Shown: positions 28,053 to 37,126, counted from the stretch's first letter. The stretch is 37,126 bases of DNA from Thermoanaerobaculales bacterium (GCA_025456385.1 JALOKS010000001.1:1-37126); one strand, 5' to 3'. Translations and numbers: made by a program. Notes: generated by a model not told the origin, from the sequence alone.

Positions 28053-28640
28053 TCAGGAGAGGGTGAGGCGGAGGCGGATCGGGGCCTCCCAACCCTCCGC
28101 CATGACGGTGAGGAAGAAAGGCCTGCCCGCCTCGAGCTGGCGCGGGCGCTCGAAGTACATGAGGTCGGCCATGCCGTAGCCCTGGGGCAGAGTGACCACG
28201 TCCCGGGCGGTGCCGCCGCGGGTGACCTGGAGGTCGGGAAAGAAGTTCGTCTGCGAGAAGCGGCCAGAGCTCGCCCACACCTGCCACGGGATCCCGCCGG
28301 TGCTGACCATCCGCCGGTCCATCGAGATCCTCCCGTAGCCCTTGCGCCACTCCCGCACCGTCGGCATCGGGTAGAGCACCTCATCGAGGTCGCTCAGCCA
28401 GAAGCTCTCGCGGTCGAGCGTTATCTTGGCCGCCGCGAGGTTCTGGACGCCGATCACCATCGGTACGAAGGGCTCCTTATCGCGCTGCCCGGTGAGGCTG
28501 AGGTTGGCCCACACCTTGCCGGAGGCGTCCTCGGCGACGAACAGGATCTGCGACGGCTCGTCGTCGTACCCGCCCACCGAACCGGCCACGGCCACCGCCA
28601 CCCCGAGCGCGCCGACGACTGCAACGAGCCACTGCCGCAT
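28053..28640 (-). CDS. hypothetical exported protein
   Basis: Internal ATG at 28640 preceded by GAGGGGG. Signal-peptide-like N-terminus MRQWLVAVVGALGVAVAVAG. 195 aa, no recognised family. Confidence 0.55.
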   Translation of the reverse strand: MRQWLVAVVGALGVAVAVAGSVGGYDDEPSQILFVAEDASGKVWANLSLTGQRDKEPFVPMVIGVQNLAAAKITLDRESFWLSDLDEVLYPMPTVREWRKGYGRISMDRRMVSTGGIPWQVWASSGRFSQTNFFPDLQVTRGGTARDVVTLPQGYGMADLMYFERPRQLEAGRPFFLTVMAEGWEAPIRLRLTLS

Positions 28641-28742
28641 CACCACCCCCTCGTACCCGCACCCTCGGCAACGCGTCCCGAGAGCCGTGTGTTCCAGAGC
28701 CGCGCGTAGAATACCCCCTGCTCGGCTCGGCCGACTGCGGTC

Positions 28743-29927
28743 ATGGTATCGAGAGACCTCCGACGCGCGCTCCTCGCCACCGTCTTCTTCGGGGCGGCCT
28801 CCGGCATCTTCACCGCGAGCCTCAACAACTATCTGGCCGAGGTCCACCATCTCGACGCCCAGGCGCGGGGCTGGCTCGAGCTGCCGCGCGAGCTCCCGGG
28901 CTTCCTGATCATGTTCGTCGCCGGCGCCATGCTCACCGTCTTCCGCGAAAGCCAGATGGCGGCCGCCGCGATGCTCCTGAGCGCCCTCGGCGCCGTCGGC
29001 CTCGGCTACCTCGCTCCCGGGCACGCGACCCTGGTGGTCTTCATCGTCATCTGGTCGCTGGGGGATCACATCATCTTCGCGGTCGAAGGACCGATCGGCC
29101 TCAAGCTCGCCGAGGGCGGCAAGGAGGGCCGGCGCCTCGGCCAGTTCGGAGGCGCCCGCAACCTCGGCACGATCGTCGGCGTCGGCGCGATCTTCCTCCT
29201 CGCCCGTCTCGTCGGCGACCGCTTCTCCCTCTTCTACGCGATCGCGGGTGCGTCCGCACTCGCCGCCGGCATTCTCTACGCCGGCCTCGGCGTCGGCCGT
29301 GGGGAGGCTCCGTCGCGCCGGCTCGTCTACAAGCGCAGGTACAACCTCTTCTACGCGATCTCGGCGCTGTTCGGCATCCGCAAGCAGATCTTCCTCGCGT
29401 TCGGCGCCTGGGTGCTGGTCGAGATCCACGGGGTCTCGGTCAGCACCATCGCCCTGCTGTACTTCATCGCCGCCACCCTGGGCGTGGTCTGCCGCCCCCT
29501 GCTCGGCGAGGTCATCGACTGGCTCGGGGAACGCACGGTGCTCGCCGTCGACGAGCTGCTCCTCCTCGCCATCTGCCTGACCTACGCCTTCGCGTCCGAT
29601 CTGCTGCCGGGTCCGGTGGCGTTGTACGCGCTGTACGCGGCCTACGTTCTCGACATGGTGCTGTTCGCGCTGCGCGTCGCCCGTACCACCTACCTCAGCA
29701 AGATCGTCGACGACCCGGCCGACATCACCCCCACGATCTCCATGGGCCTCACCATCGACCACGCCGTCGCCATGACCCTGCCGGTCCTCTCCGGGTACAT
29801 CTGGGAGGCCTACGGCTTCCGCTGGGTCTTCATCCTCGCCGGCGCCATCGCACTCGCCGGCTTCTTCGTCTGCCTGCGCATCCGAATCCCCGAGCGGTCA
29901 GGGATCAACGGTCAACGTCGACCATAG
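28743..29927 (+). CDS. MFS transporter
   Basis: About 12 hydrophobic segments across 394 aa, with an MFS-like loop (GPIGLKLAEGGKEGRRLGQFG). Confidence 0.8.
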   Translation: MVSRDLRRALLATVFFGAASGIFTASLNNYLAEVHHLDAQARGWLELPRELPGFLIMFVAGAMLTVFRESQMAAAAMLLSALGAVGLGYLAPGHATLVVFIVIWSLGDHIIFAVEGPIGLKLAEGGKEGRRLGQFGGARNLGTIVGVGAIFLLARLVGDRFSLFYAIAGASALAAGILYAGLGVGRGEAPSRRLVYKRRYNLFYAISALFGIRKQIFLAFGAWVLVEIHGVSVSTIALLYFIAATLGVVCRPLLGEVIDWLGERTVLAVDELLLLAICLTYAFASDLLPGPVALYALYAAYVLDMVLFALRVARTTYLSKIVDDPADITPTISMGLTIDHAVAMTLPVLSGYIWEAYGFRWVFILAGAIALAGFFVCLRIRIPERSGINGQRRP

Positions 29928-32562
29928 ACGGGGGCGGCAGCAGCAGCGCGTTGAAGACGAGCTTGAAGGTCGCGGGCGTCGAGCCCCGGAACTGGGGCCG
30001 GATCGCGAACAGCACCAGCTGGCCCCTCCCGGCGCGCACCCAGACCTCGGCCGGCGTGTTCTGGAGCCCGTGCTCGCCCTCGAGGTAGCCGCTGCGGAGG
30101 AGCTCCCGCTGCGGATAGACGGCGACCACGCGGCGGTCGGTGTCGAGGCTCGGGATCGCGGTCGCCAGCACCGGCTCGCCGCGGCTGAAGGCGCCGCCGG
30201 CCGCCGGCATGCCCCAGGTCAAGGGGTGGTCTGCCACGAAGTCCACCGCCAGGAAGGCGCCGGGCACGCGCACGCCGCGCCCCTCGGCGACGTCGCGGAC
30301 CGGCAGCTCGACGGTCTCGCCCTCGCCATCGTCGGAGCCGGGGCTCGCGAGGCCTTCGAGGAAGAGCCCGGTGGATCCGCCCCAGGACACCACCGTGCCG
30401 CCGCCGAGGACGAAGGCGGAGAGCTTCGCGAGGCCCTGCTTCGAGATCGGCGCCCGGTACTCGGGAGGAAAGTCGTTGACGACGTAGCGGTCGCCGCGCT
30501 TGTACTTGCCCTTGCTCAGCACGTCCCTGCTCGCATCCGGGAAGACGAGCACGTCGAACTCGCGCGCGAGCTCGAGGCTCTCGAACTCCGCCGGGCGGAG
30601 GACGCGGTACGGGATTCCGTAGCTGTCGAACAGGTAGCGCGTCCAGCCCGCGTCCATGTCGTGGAAGAAGGTCTCCACCAGCGCGATCCGCGGCCGGCGC
30701 AGCGGCAGGCGGGCGACCGCGGGCTCGGCGCCGAGGACGGTCGGCGGAATCGGCATCTCGTCGGCGAGGGCGCGCAGAGCCGTCGCACCGCGGCGGCCGC
30801 CCGTGATGACAAACGAGCCGGCCGGGAGGCTGCCGCCCGGGATCTCGAGCGCGGCGGTGATCCGGCTGACCTCGAGGCCCGCGGCGAAGGCGGCGAAGGC
30901 GGCCCGGTACGAGCCGTTGCTGGCCGCCGGGTAGGCGATCCCCCACGCGTCGTCCGGAACCTCGACCTCAACTCGAAATGCACCCTCGGGCAGCGGTTCG
31001 AGCAGCTCCTCGAGCGCCGCCGAGCGGAGGTCGACCTGGACGGTGTCGACTCCCATGTGCAGCGGCAGCGACCAGCTCGTGATGTCGTACGGCCGGATGA
31101 GCTCGCCGTCCGGGGTGTAGTGGCGCTCGGGGTAACGCTGCGCCTCGAGCACCTCCTTGATGAAGGGGCGGTAGGGTTGGGCCATCCGCACGACGATGTC
31201 GCCCTCGCGCAGCAGGAGCCGTTCCACCGCGACCTCTCCGCCCAGACGGTGGAGCTCGACCCCGTGCTCGCGCAGCAGATCCACCAGGGCGGCGAGCTCA
31301 CTCGGGTCGTGCTGCGCCAGCGGCATCACGAAGTAGTACGGGGCCTCGCTCCGGCCCTTCACCACCTCCTTGCGGCAGAGGTCGTTGCGGAAGCGGAGGA
31401 TGGCGTCCCGGTGCCGCGAGGCGGTGGCGAGGATCGAGCCCATCGACGACAGCTCGTAGGCGACGATGTCGTCGAGGCCCCAGCGGCCGCCGGGCCACGG
31501 CGCCAGCATGTTGACGCCCTTCGCGTACTCGGCGAGGCCCTTGCCGCCGACGCCGAGCTCGGTCGGCTCGACGACGATCGGGGTCGCGAGGCGGCAGCTC
31601 GCGGCCTCGGTCAGGAAGCTGATGACGTTCTTCCAGTGCGAGGTCTCGGTCGAGCCGGGCCAGTAATCGTCGAAGAGCCAGTGGCTCGCGACGCCGAGGT
31701 GGCCGTCGGCCGTCATGTCGCGCGCGAGGTTGGCGCCGAAGACCGCCGACCAGCCCCACAGCCCCTCATCGACCACCTGCGCGATCGGATCGTGGTTCGG
31801 CGGCACGTAGTAGCGCGGACCCGTCGAGCCCATCTGGTGCTTCTCGACCAGCACCTGCGGGTACCACTCCGTGCTGTAGAGGCGCGAGATGACGCGGGTG
31901 TCCTCCTGGGTCAGGGCGACGAAGTCGCGGTTGTTGTCGTGCCCGACATAGCGGTGGTAGACGCCCGGCAGCGACGAGCCCTCATAGGGCGTTCCGAGGT
32001 ACTTCCGGTAGTGCTCGACGACCATGTCCATGCCGTCGGGGTTGTGGCTCGGGACCACCATCAGGACCACGTCCTCGAGCTGCCGCAGCACCGCCGGGTC
32101 CTCGGTCGTCGCCAGGGCGTGCGCGAAGATCGGCAGAGCCTGGCTCGGCGCGACCTCGCCGGAGTGCATTGACAGGGTCTGCATCACGAACACCCGGGCG
32201 CCGGCGAGCAGCACCTCGCGCTCGGCCTCCGGGATCGCGGGATCGAGAGCCAGGCGCCGGTTGACCTCCCGCAGCTCGTCGAGCCGCGCGAGGTTTGCCG
32301 GCGCCGAGATGAAGGCGACGACCATCGGCCGACCGAGCGGCGAGAGGCCGACCTGCCGCATCTCGAGCCGGTCCGAAACCGCGTCCAGCCGCTGCAGGTA
32401 GCCCGTGAGCTCGCTGTAATCCATGAGCCGGCGCTCGCTCCCGGGCTCGAAGCCGAGGACCTCGGCCGGTGTCGGAACCCCAGAGGTCGCCGCCGCGCCC
32501 GCTGCCGTCAGCACGCCCGACCCGATGGCGGCGAGCAGCAGTGCCCTGTGCAGTGCTTTCAT
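29905..32562 (-). CDS. secreted M14-family zinc carboxypeptidase-like protein (885 aa)
   Basis: Signal peptide MKALHRALLLAAIGSGVLTAAGAAA. M14 motifs SMHSGE (HxxE zinc ligands), PSHNPDG, GHDNNRD and FLTEAAS. Large C-terminal extension. The 3' end overlaps the MFS gene by 23 nt (convergent). Confidence 0.8.
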   Translation of the reverse strand: MKALHRALLLAAIGSGVLTAAGAAATSGVPTPAEVLGFEPGSERRLMDYSELTGYLQRLDAVSDRLEMRQVGLSPLGRPMVVAFISAPANLARLDELREVNRRLALDPAIPEAEREVLLAGARVFVMQTLSMHSGEVAPSQALPIFAHALATTEDPAVLRQLEDVVLMVVPSHNPDGMDMVVEHYRKYLGTPYEGSSLPGVYHRYVGHDNNRDFVALTQEDTRVISRLYSTEWYPQVLVEKHQMGSTGPRYYVPPNHDPIAQVVDEGLWGWSAVFGANLARDMTADGHLGVASHWLFDDYWPGSTETSHWKNVISFLTEAASCRLATPIVVEPTELGVGGKGLAEYAKGVNMLAPWPGGRWGLDDIVAYELSSMGSILATASRHRDAILRFRNDLCRKEVVKGRSEAPYYFVMPLAQHDPSELAALVDLLREHGVELHRLGGEVAVERLLLREGDIVVRMAQPYRPFIKEVLEAQRYPERHYTPDGELIRPYDITSWSLPLHMGVDTVQVDLRSAALEELLEPLPEGAFRVEVEVPDDAWGIAYPAASNGSYRAAFAAFAAGLEVSRITAALEIPGGSLPAGSFVITGGRRGATALRALADEMPIPPTVLGAEPAVARLPLRRPRIALVETFFHDMDAGWTRYLFDSYGIPYRVLRPAEFESLELAREFDVLVFPDASRDVLSKGKYKRGDRYVVNDFPPEYRAPISKQGLAKLSAFVLGGGTVVSWGGSTGLFLEGLASPGSDDGEGETVELPVRDVAEGRGVRVPGAFLAVDFVADHPLTWGMPAAGGAFSRGEPVLATAIPSLDTDRRVVAVYPQRELLRSGYLEGEHGLQNTPAEVWVRAGRGQLVLFAIRPQFRGSTPATFKLVFNALLLPPPSMVDVDR

Positions 32563-32571
32563 GCCGTCCCC

Positions 32572-33924
32572 CTACTCCGGCGTACCGAGGTAGCCCAGGA
32601 GGAGCTGCTTCTTGTCCTCCATGAGCTCGCGGCTGCGGGCCTCGAGGACGAGCCGGAGCAGCGGTTCGGTGTTCGATGGGCGGACGTTGAACCACCAGTC
32701 GTCGAACTGGACCGTGACGCCGTCGAGGTAGTCGACCGCACCGTCCGCGAAGTCCTCGGCGAGCCGGCGGATCATGCCCGCCTTGTCGTCGACGTGGAAG
32801 TTGATCTCGCCCGTCGCGTGGTAACGGGAGAGCGGCGCGACGAGCTCCGACAGCGGCTGCCGGCTTTCACGGAGCTGGTTCAGGACCTCGATCACCGTCA
32901 TCAGCGACGAGTCCGCCGTGTAGTTGCGGCGGAAGTAGAAGTGGCCCGCCAGCTCGCCGCCGAAGGGCGAGCCGTGGCGGCGCATCGTCGCCTTCATGAA
33001 GGAGTGTCCGACCCGCTCCCGAACCGGCACCCCACCGGCCTCCTCGATCGCCTCCTTGGTCGCCCACGACGAGCGCAGGTCGTAGATGATGGCCGCGCCG
33101 GGCTCGCGCTTGAGGAAGCGCGGCGCCAGCAGGCCCGTGATCTTGTCGGCCGAGATGAAGCGGCCCTTCTCGTCGATCAGGATCGCGCGGTCGGCGTCGC
33201 CGTCGAAGGCCACCCCGAGGTCGCAGCCGTGCTCGAGGACCGCCCGCTCGACGTCGACCAGGTTCTCCTGCTTGAGCGGGTTCGCCTCGTGGTTGGGGAA
33301 GCTGCCGTCGAGCTCGAAGTACAGCGGCACGAGCTCGAGGTTCAGCCGCTCGAGGATTGGCAGGTAGATCGTGCTCATGCCGTTGGCGGCGTCGGCCGCG
33401 AGCTTGAGGCGCGGTCCGGACAGCGTCAACTCGGCGAGCACGTGCTCGGTGTAGGCGGCGAAGACCGAGCGCTCCTCCTCGCCCGCCTGCGGCGGCAGGC
33501 CGGTCGCGACCGCGCTCGTCAGCACGAGCTTCTCGAGCTCGGCGATTCCGGTCTCGTAGGAGACCGGAATCGCGTCCCGCCGCGACATCTTGAGGCCGTT
33601 GTAGACCGCCGGGTTGTGGCTGGCCGTGACCTGGATCCCGCCCGAGGCGCCGAGAAAACCGGTCGCGAAGTAGTTCTGCGGCGTGTCGGCGACTCCGATG
33701 TCGATCACGGCGATCCCCCGCGCGCGAAGCCCGGCCTTGAGGGCACGAGCGATCGGCACCGAGTGGGTGCGCATGTCCCGCGACACCACGACCTGAGGTC
33801 CGCGCGCGAGGTCCTCGGCGTCGAGGAGGTCCCGGAAGTGGTAGCCGACCCGGTACGCGATCCCCTCGTTCACCTGGTCGGGGTAGGTGCCCCGGATGTC
33901 GTAGGCCTTGAAGATCCCTGCCAT
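32572..33924 (-). CDS. phosphomannomutase/phosphoglucomutase
   Basis: MAGIFKAYDIRG N-terminus, active-site VTASHNPAVYNGLK, metal loop FDGDADR. ATG at 33924 preceded by GAGGGGGAG. Confidence 0.9.
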   Translation of the reverse strand: MAGIFKAYDIRGTYPDQVNEGIAYRVGYHFRDLLDAEDLARGPQVVVSRDMRTHSVPIARALKAGLRARGIAVIDIGVADTPQNYFATGFLGASGGIQVTASHNPAVYNGLKMSRRDAIPVSYETGIAELEKLVLTSAVATGLPPQAGEEERSVFAAYTEHVLAELTLSGPRLKLAADAANGMSTIYLPILERLNLELVPLYFELDGSFPNHEANPLKQENLVDVERAVLEHGCDLGVAFDGDADRAILIDEKGRFISADKITGLLAPRFLKREPGAAIIYDLRSSWATKEAIEEAGGVPVRERVGHSFMKATMRRHGSPFGGELAGHFYFRRNYTADSSLMTVIEVLNQLRESRQPLSELVAPLSRYHATGEINFHVDDKAGMIRRLAEDFADGAVDYLDGVTVQFDDWWFNVRPSNTEPLLRLVLEARSRELMEDKKQLLLGYLGTPE

Positions 33925-34001
33925 GTCTCCCCCTCGCGCTGGCTCGGCCGGCCGGGTCATGATACTGCAGCGGCGCGGCGGCCCCGGGTTATCATCCGGG
34001 C

Positions 34002-34676
34002 ATGTGCGGACGCTTCGCCCTGGTCGTCGATGCTGCTGTCCTGGCCGAGGTTTTCGAGCTCGAACCTCCGCCCGGGCTCGCACCGCGCTACAACATCGCG
34101 CCGACCCAGGAGCTGCTGGCGGTGCGTGCCGGGACCTCCCGACCGCGGGAGTGGTCGCGTCTGCGCTGGGGGCTGGTGCCGTCCTGGGCGAAGGAGCCCG
34201 CGATCGGCGCGCGGATGATCAACGCCCGTTCCGAGACCGCGGCCGAGAAACCCTCCTTCCGCAGCGCCCTCGCGGCGCGGCGCTGCCTGGTTCCGGCGAG
34301 CGGCTTCTTCGAGTGGCAGAAGAAGGGGGCCGCCAAGCAGGCGCACTTCATCCACTTCCGCGACGCGCGGGTCTTCGCCTTCGCCGCCCTGTGGGAGCGC
34401 TGGTCGGGTGTGAGCCCTCCCCTCGAGAGCTGCACCCTTCTCACGACGACGCCCAACGAGCTCGTCGCGGAGCTCCACGACCGGATGCCCGTCATCCTGC
34501 CGCCCCGGCACCACGAGGAGTGGTTGCGGCCCGGTCCCCTCGCCCCGGACCGTCTGACCGAGCTGCTCGTCCCCCACCCCGCCGCCGGCATGGAGGCGCA
34601 CCCGGTCAGCGGCTACGTCAACCGGCCGGGCAACGACGGCCCGGAGTGCATCGCACGCTCAGCGACACACGACTGA
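34002..34676 (+). CDS. SOS response-associated peptidase (SRAP/YedK-type abasic-site processing protein)
   Basis: N-terminal MCGRF (catalytic Cys2), YNIAPTQ, WGLVPSW, NARSET, SGFFEW and HDRMPVIL motifs. Confidence 0.85.
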   Translation: MCGRFALVVDAAVLAEVFELEPPPGLAPRYNIAPTQELLAVRAGTSRPREWSRLRWGLVPSWAKEPAIGARMINARSETAAEKPSFRSALAARRCLVPASGFFEWQKKGAAKQAHFIHFRDARVFAFAALWERWSGVSPPLESCTLLTTTPNELVAELHDRMPVILPPRHHEEWLRPGPLAPDRLTELLVPHPAAGMEAHPVSGYVNRPGNDGPECIARSATHD

Positions 34677-34730
34677 CCTTCGATCGCTCGGCCCATTCCG
34701 AGATCCGCGAGGTGGGCAGAGGTCGATTCC

Positions 34731-34751
34731 GGATTTCGGATTTCGGATTTC
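34731..34751. repeat. tandem heptamer GGATTTC x3 (a degenerate fourth copy lies immediately upstream)
   Basis: Direct reading gives ggatttc ggatttc ggatttc at 34731..34751, preceded by tcgattcc. Confidence 0.85.
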
Positions 34752-34762
34752 CGCTCACCCTC

Positions 34763-34903
34763 CTGAACCACAGCGGCACAGAGAACACAGAGAAGCCACA
34801 GAGAGAGTTCATGACCTCACAATACGATCATCTCTGAGTGGTCCTGCGATGGGTCGGACAGCTCCCTGTGCGGCTCTGTGCACTCAGTGCCTCTGTGGTT
34901 CAG
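34763..34903. repeat. 141-nt imperfect inverted repeat (MITE-like or structured-RNA-like element) built from phased CACAGAG units
   Basis: Left arm: CTGAACCACAGCGGCACAGAGAACACAGAGAAGCCACAGAGAG (34763..34805). Right arm: CTCCCTGTGCGGCTCTGTGCACTCAGTGCCTCTGTGGTTCAG (34862..34903). About 35 of 43 positions are complementary. The 56-nt AT-richer spacer separates them. Confidence 0.8.
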
Positions 34904-35108
34904 AGCACCCCTGGAATCGATTGGTGTGACCGACCCGAGAGGGCCATGCCGCGGCCGCAGTACCTGCCTGCTGCCGCGGCCGCTGCTCCCAGCCGTCACC
35001 GCCATCTGCCGCTCTCACTGAGCCTGAATCCGGGCGCGGGCACGGAGACGGAAACGGGTGCGGTGGAGGTGCGTATACTCTCTCGACTCTATGAGCGGAG
35101 GACGAGCG

Positions 35109-36119
35109 ATGAGCGACAGAATGTGGTACGTGGCGGTCGGCGGCCAGAGCGTCGGACCGATGAGCGAGGCCGAGCTGGTGGATGCCCTGCAGGCCGGGAC
35201 CTACGCCCCCAACATCCAGGTCTACTGCCAGGGCGTGACCGAATGGGCGCCCGCGAACGCGGTGCCGGTCCTCAAGGCCCACACGCCGCCCCCGCCGCCC
35301 CCCGGCCAGGCCCGTCGGAGCCGCGCCGACGAGGTCGACTTCGAGATCCACGGCTCCGAGATGCAGTTCGTCGAGATCGAGCTCGACCCCGCCGAGAGCG
35401 TGGTCGCCGAGGCCGGCTCCATGATGTACATGGGCGACGGCATCCAGATGCAGACGATCTTCGGCGACGGCTCCGGCCAGCAGGGCTCCTTCATGGACAA
35501 GCTGGTGGGCGCCGGCAAGCGCCTGCTCACGGGCGAGAGCCTGTTCATGACGATCTTCACCCACCAGGGCGCGGGCAAGGCCCGGGTGGCCTTCGCCGCC
35601 CCCTACCCCGGCCGGATCGTGCCGGTCGACCTCGGCCGCCACGGCGGCACCGTGATCTGCCAGAAGGACGCCTTCCTGTGCGCCGCGAAGGGGGTCGCGG
35701 TCTCGATCGCCTTCCAGAAGCGGATCGGCACCGCGCTCTTCGGCGGTGAAGGCTTCATCATGCAGAAGCTCGAGGGCGACGGCCTCGCCTTCATGCACGC
35801 CGGCGGCACCATCGTCGAGCGCGAGCTCGCGGCCGGCCAGAGCCTGCGCGTCGACACCGGCTGCCTGGTCGCCCTCGAGTCCTCGGTGAGCTTCGACATC
35901 GAGTTCGTGGGCGGCGTCAAGTCGGCGATCTTCGGCGGCGAGGGGTTCTTCTTCGCCCGCGTCCAGGGCCCGGGCAGGGTCTGGCTGCAGTCCCTTCCGT
36001 TCTCCCGCCTCGCCGGTCGCATCTGGCAGTCGGCGCCGCAGGCCGGCGGCAAGGACCGCGGCGAGGGCTCGCTGCTCGGCAAGATGGGGGGCATCGGCGG
36101 GTTCTTCGACGGCAATTGA
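35109..36119 (+). CDS. GYF_2 (DUF4339) domain fused to an AIM24/TIGR00266 (DUF124) family protein
   Basis: ATG at 35109 preceded by GGAGGA. N-terminal [27 protein letters not shown]...[11 protein letters not shown], then a Pro-rich linker. AIM24-type body follows: [20 protein letters not shown]...GSMMYM...GESLFMT...[14 protein letters not shown]...[18 protein letters not shown]. Confidence 0.85.
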   Translation: MSDRMWYVAVGGQSVGPMSEAELVDALQAGTYAPNIQVYCQGVTEWAPANAVPVLKAHTPPPPPPGQARRSRADEVDFEIHGSEMQFVEIELDPAESVVAEAGSMMYMGDGIQMQTIFGDGSGQQGSFMDKLVGAGKRLLTGESLFMTIFTHQGAGKARVAFAAPYPGRIVPVDLGRHGGTVICQKDAFLCAAKGVAVSIAFQKRIGTALFGGEGFIMQKLEGDGLAFMHAGGTIVERELAAGQSLRVDTGCLVALESSVSFDIEFVGGVKSAIFGGEGFFFARVQGPGRVWLQSLPFSRLAGRIWQSAPQAGGKDRGEGSLLGKMGGIGGFFDGN

Positions 36120-36121
36120 CA

Positions 36122-36174
36122 CGATTCGGGCACGCCCGAATCGCGCCACTTGCGAGCGTTCGCTGCGCGAACGC
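36122..36174. terminator. two GC-rich hairpins between convergent genes (possible bidirectional terminators)
   Basis: CGATTCGGGC-ac-GCCCGAATCG (36122..36143) and GCGTTCGC-tgc-GCGAACGC (36156..36174), between the AIM24 stop (36119) and the M20 stop (36180). Neither has a clear U-tract. Confidence 0.35.
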
Positions 36175-36179
36175 GAGAC

Positions 36180-37126
36180 TCAGGCGTCGCCGAGACGCGC
36201 CGCGAAGGCGTCGAGGATCCGCAGGTAGGGCTCGATCGACGGGATGAAGTGCCGCTCGTCGCGCGCGTGCGGGCCGATGCCGGTCTGGCCCCAGACGACC
36301 TGGTTGCCGCCCGGGGCGAAGCGCGCCGAGGAGCCCGGCAGCTTCCTGCCGACGACCGCCGGCGAGCCCGAGACCTCCGCCACCGCCGCGAGCAGATGGT
36401 GCAGCCAGGGGTTGTCGGGCGGGCAGGCGACGCCGGGCTCCATCAGCTCGACGGTCGCGGCGAGGCCGAGCTCGAGGCACAGGGCGCGGACCTCGGCGAG
36501 GAGGCCCTCGAGATCGTCGCCGGGGATCGGCCGCACCTCGACGCCGAGCACCCCGGTGCCGGCCGTGATGTTGTAGACGCCGGCCTCACCGACGGAGAGG
36601 AAGGGGAACCGCGTCGAGCTCTCCCAGCCGTCGATGCTGGACAGCGTGAGGTGGCGCGCGAAGACCGAGCCGAGAACCGCGCGGACCTCGATCAGGCGGT
36701 CGAGGAGGTCGGCCGGGCCGCCGGCGGTGCCGGTGTGACCGCAGGCGCCGCGGGCCTCGATCCTGAGCCGGAGGATGCCGCGGCTCTCCGGGCACACCGC
36801 GCCGAAGAGCTCGCTGCCGCGCTCGCCGGTCCGCTCGCCCACCACCAGCAGCTGCGGGCTCCAGCCCCGCTGCAGCGCCTCGGCCGCGAGCACGTGCGGG
36901 GTGCCGAAGGGCTCGCCCTCGCCGTTCTCCTCGTTGCCGACCAGCAGCAGGTTGAGGGTCGGGAAGGGCGGTCCCGCCGCCGCCCGCCGGGTCATCCAGA
37001 CCATGTCGCTCGCCACCACCGTCTTCATGTCGGCGGCGCCGCGCCCCCACAGGTACTCGCCCTCGACCCGCGGCTCGAACTGACGGTCATCGGGCTCGGG
37101 GCGGACGACGTCGAAGTGCCCGCACA
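36180..37126 (-). CDS. M20-family metallopeptidase (ArgE/DapE/acetylornithine deacetylase-like), 5'-partial
   Basis: The frame stays open upstream of the track's ATG to the window end. It reads GHFDVVRPEPDDRQFEPRVEGEYLWGRGAADMK (M20 metal and catalytic motifs), followed by LVGNEENGE. Confidence 0.8.
   Translation of the reverse strand, partial: CGHFDVVRPEPDDRQFEPRVEGEYLWGRGAADMKTVVASDMVWMTRRAAAGPPFPTLNLLLVGNEENGEGEPFGTPHVLAAEALQRGWSPQLLVVGERTGERGSELFGAVCPESRGILRLRIEARGACGHTGTAGGPADLLDRLIEVRAVLGSVFARHLTLSSIDGWESSTRFPFLSVGEAGVYNITAGTGVLGVEVRPIPGDDLEGLLAEVRALCLELGLAATVELMEPGVACPPDNPWLHHLLAAVAEVSGSPAVVGRKLPGSSARFAPGGNQVVWGQTGIGPHARDERHFIPSIEPYLRILDAFAARLGDA

Noticed and set aside
29905-29927. 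The 23-nt convergent overlap of the MFS and M14 peptidase 3' ends as a regulatory antisense arrangement.
   Set aside because: Short 3' overlaps of convergent genes are common in compact GC-rich genomes. No extra structure was seen.
34719-34733. GAGGTCGATTCCGG as a tRNA T-arm remnant marking an integration site.
   Set aside because: The loop is one nt short of the GTTCGAATC consensus. I could not fold an acceptor, D or anticodon arm from the upstream sequence. No integrase or island-like genes are nearby.
34763-34903. The 141-nt inverted repeat as an integron attC site or a retron msr/msd.
   Set aside because: The termini (CCTGAAC ... GTTCAGA) only partly fit the RYYYAAC/GTTRRRY core sites. 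No integron integrase, cassette array or reverse transcriptase is present in the window.
34948-34984. The duplicated GCCGCGGCCGC motif as a repeat or hairpin of interest.
   Set aside because: This short, self-complementary GC-only motif is expected by chance in DNA of this composition, and it has no flanking signal.
34618-35005. ORFs 34618..34812 (64 aa) and 34817..35005 (62 aa) as small proteins.
   Set aside because: They are translations of the heptamer and CACAGAG repeat arms, have no SD, and lie in the lower-GC non-coding gap.

Overview
Very GC-rich bacterial chromosomal segment. Third codon positions are almost always G/C, so long spurious ORFs appear on both strands. The organism is diderm, since lpxB and an lpxH-like gene are present. 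I support about 33 protein genes, nearly all on the minus strand. From ~27958 down to position 1 they form one co-directional array with many 4-8 nt start/stop overlaps (GTGA, ATGA). Most content is housekeeping: rodZ-like, prsW, ribF, rimO, lpxB, a HIT protein, an IHF/HU protein, rpsA, cmk, aroA, serC, a serA-like gene, phosphomannomutase and a murB-like gene. Accessory-looking genes are a 4Fe-4S/cupin/LarA trio, a rhomboid protease with a long C-terminal extension next to a TPR protein, an M14 and an M20 peptidase, an MFS transporter, an SRAP (YedK-like) protein and a GYF-AIM24 fusion. I saw no rRNA, tRNA, CRISPR array, transposase or integrase. Three things merit follow-up. (1) On the + strand, a near-consensus sigma54 promoter is followed by a CU-rich (anti-Shine-Dalgarno) tract and a canonical intrinsic terminator. 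This is a candidate ~85-nt sigma54-dependent sRNA, and it converges on a giant (~1300 aa) orphan sigma54 enhancer-binding protein. (2) A DUF1573-type exported protein has a single in-frame TGA exactly at the first Cys of the family's conserved C-G-C motif, with a 10-bp hairpin 8 nt downstream. It is either a candidate selenoprotein or a pseudogene or sequencing error. (3) The only large, lower-GC intergenic region holds a composite repeat: GGATTTC x3 plus a 141-nt imperfect inverted repeat built from phased CACAGAG units. All product calls come from reading motifs in the supplied translations; no database search was possible.
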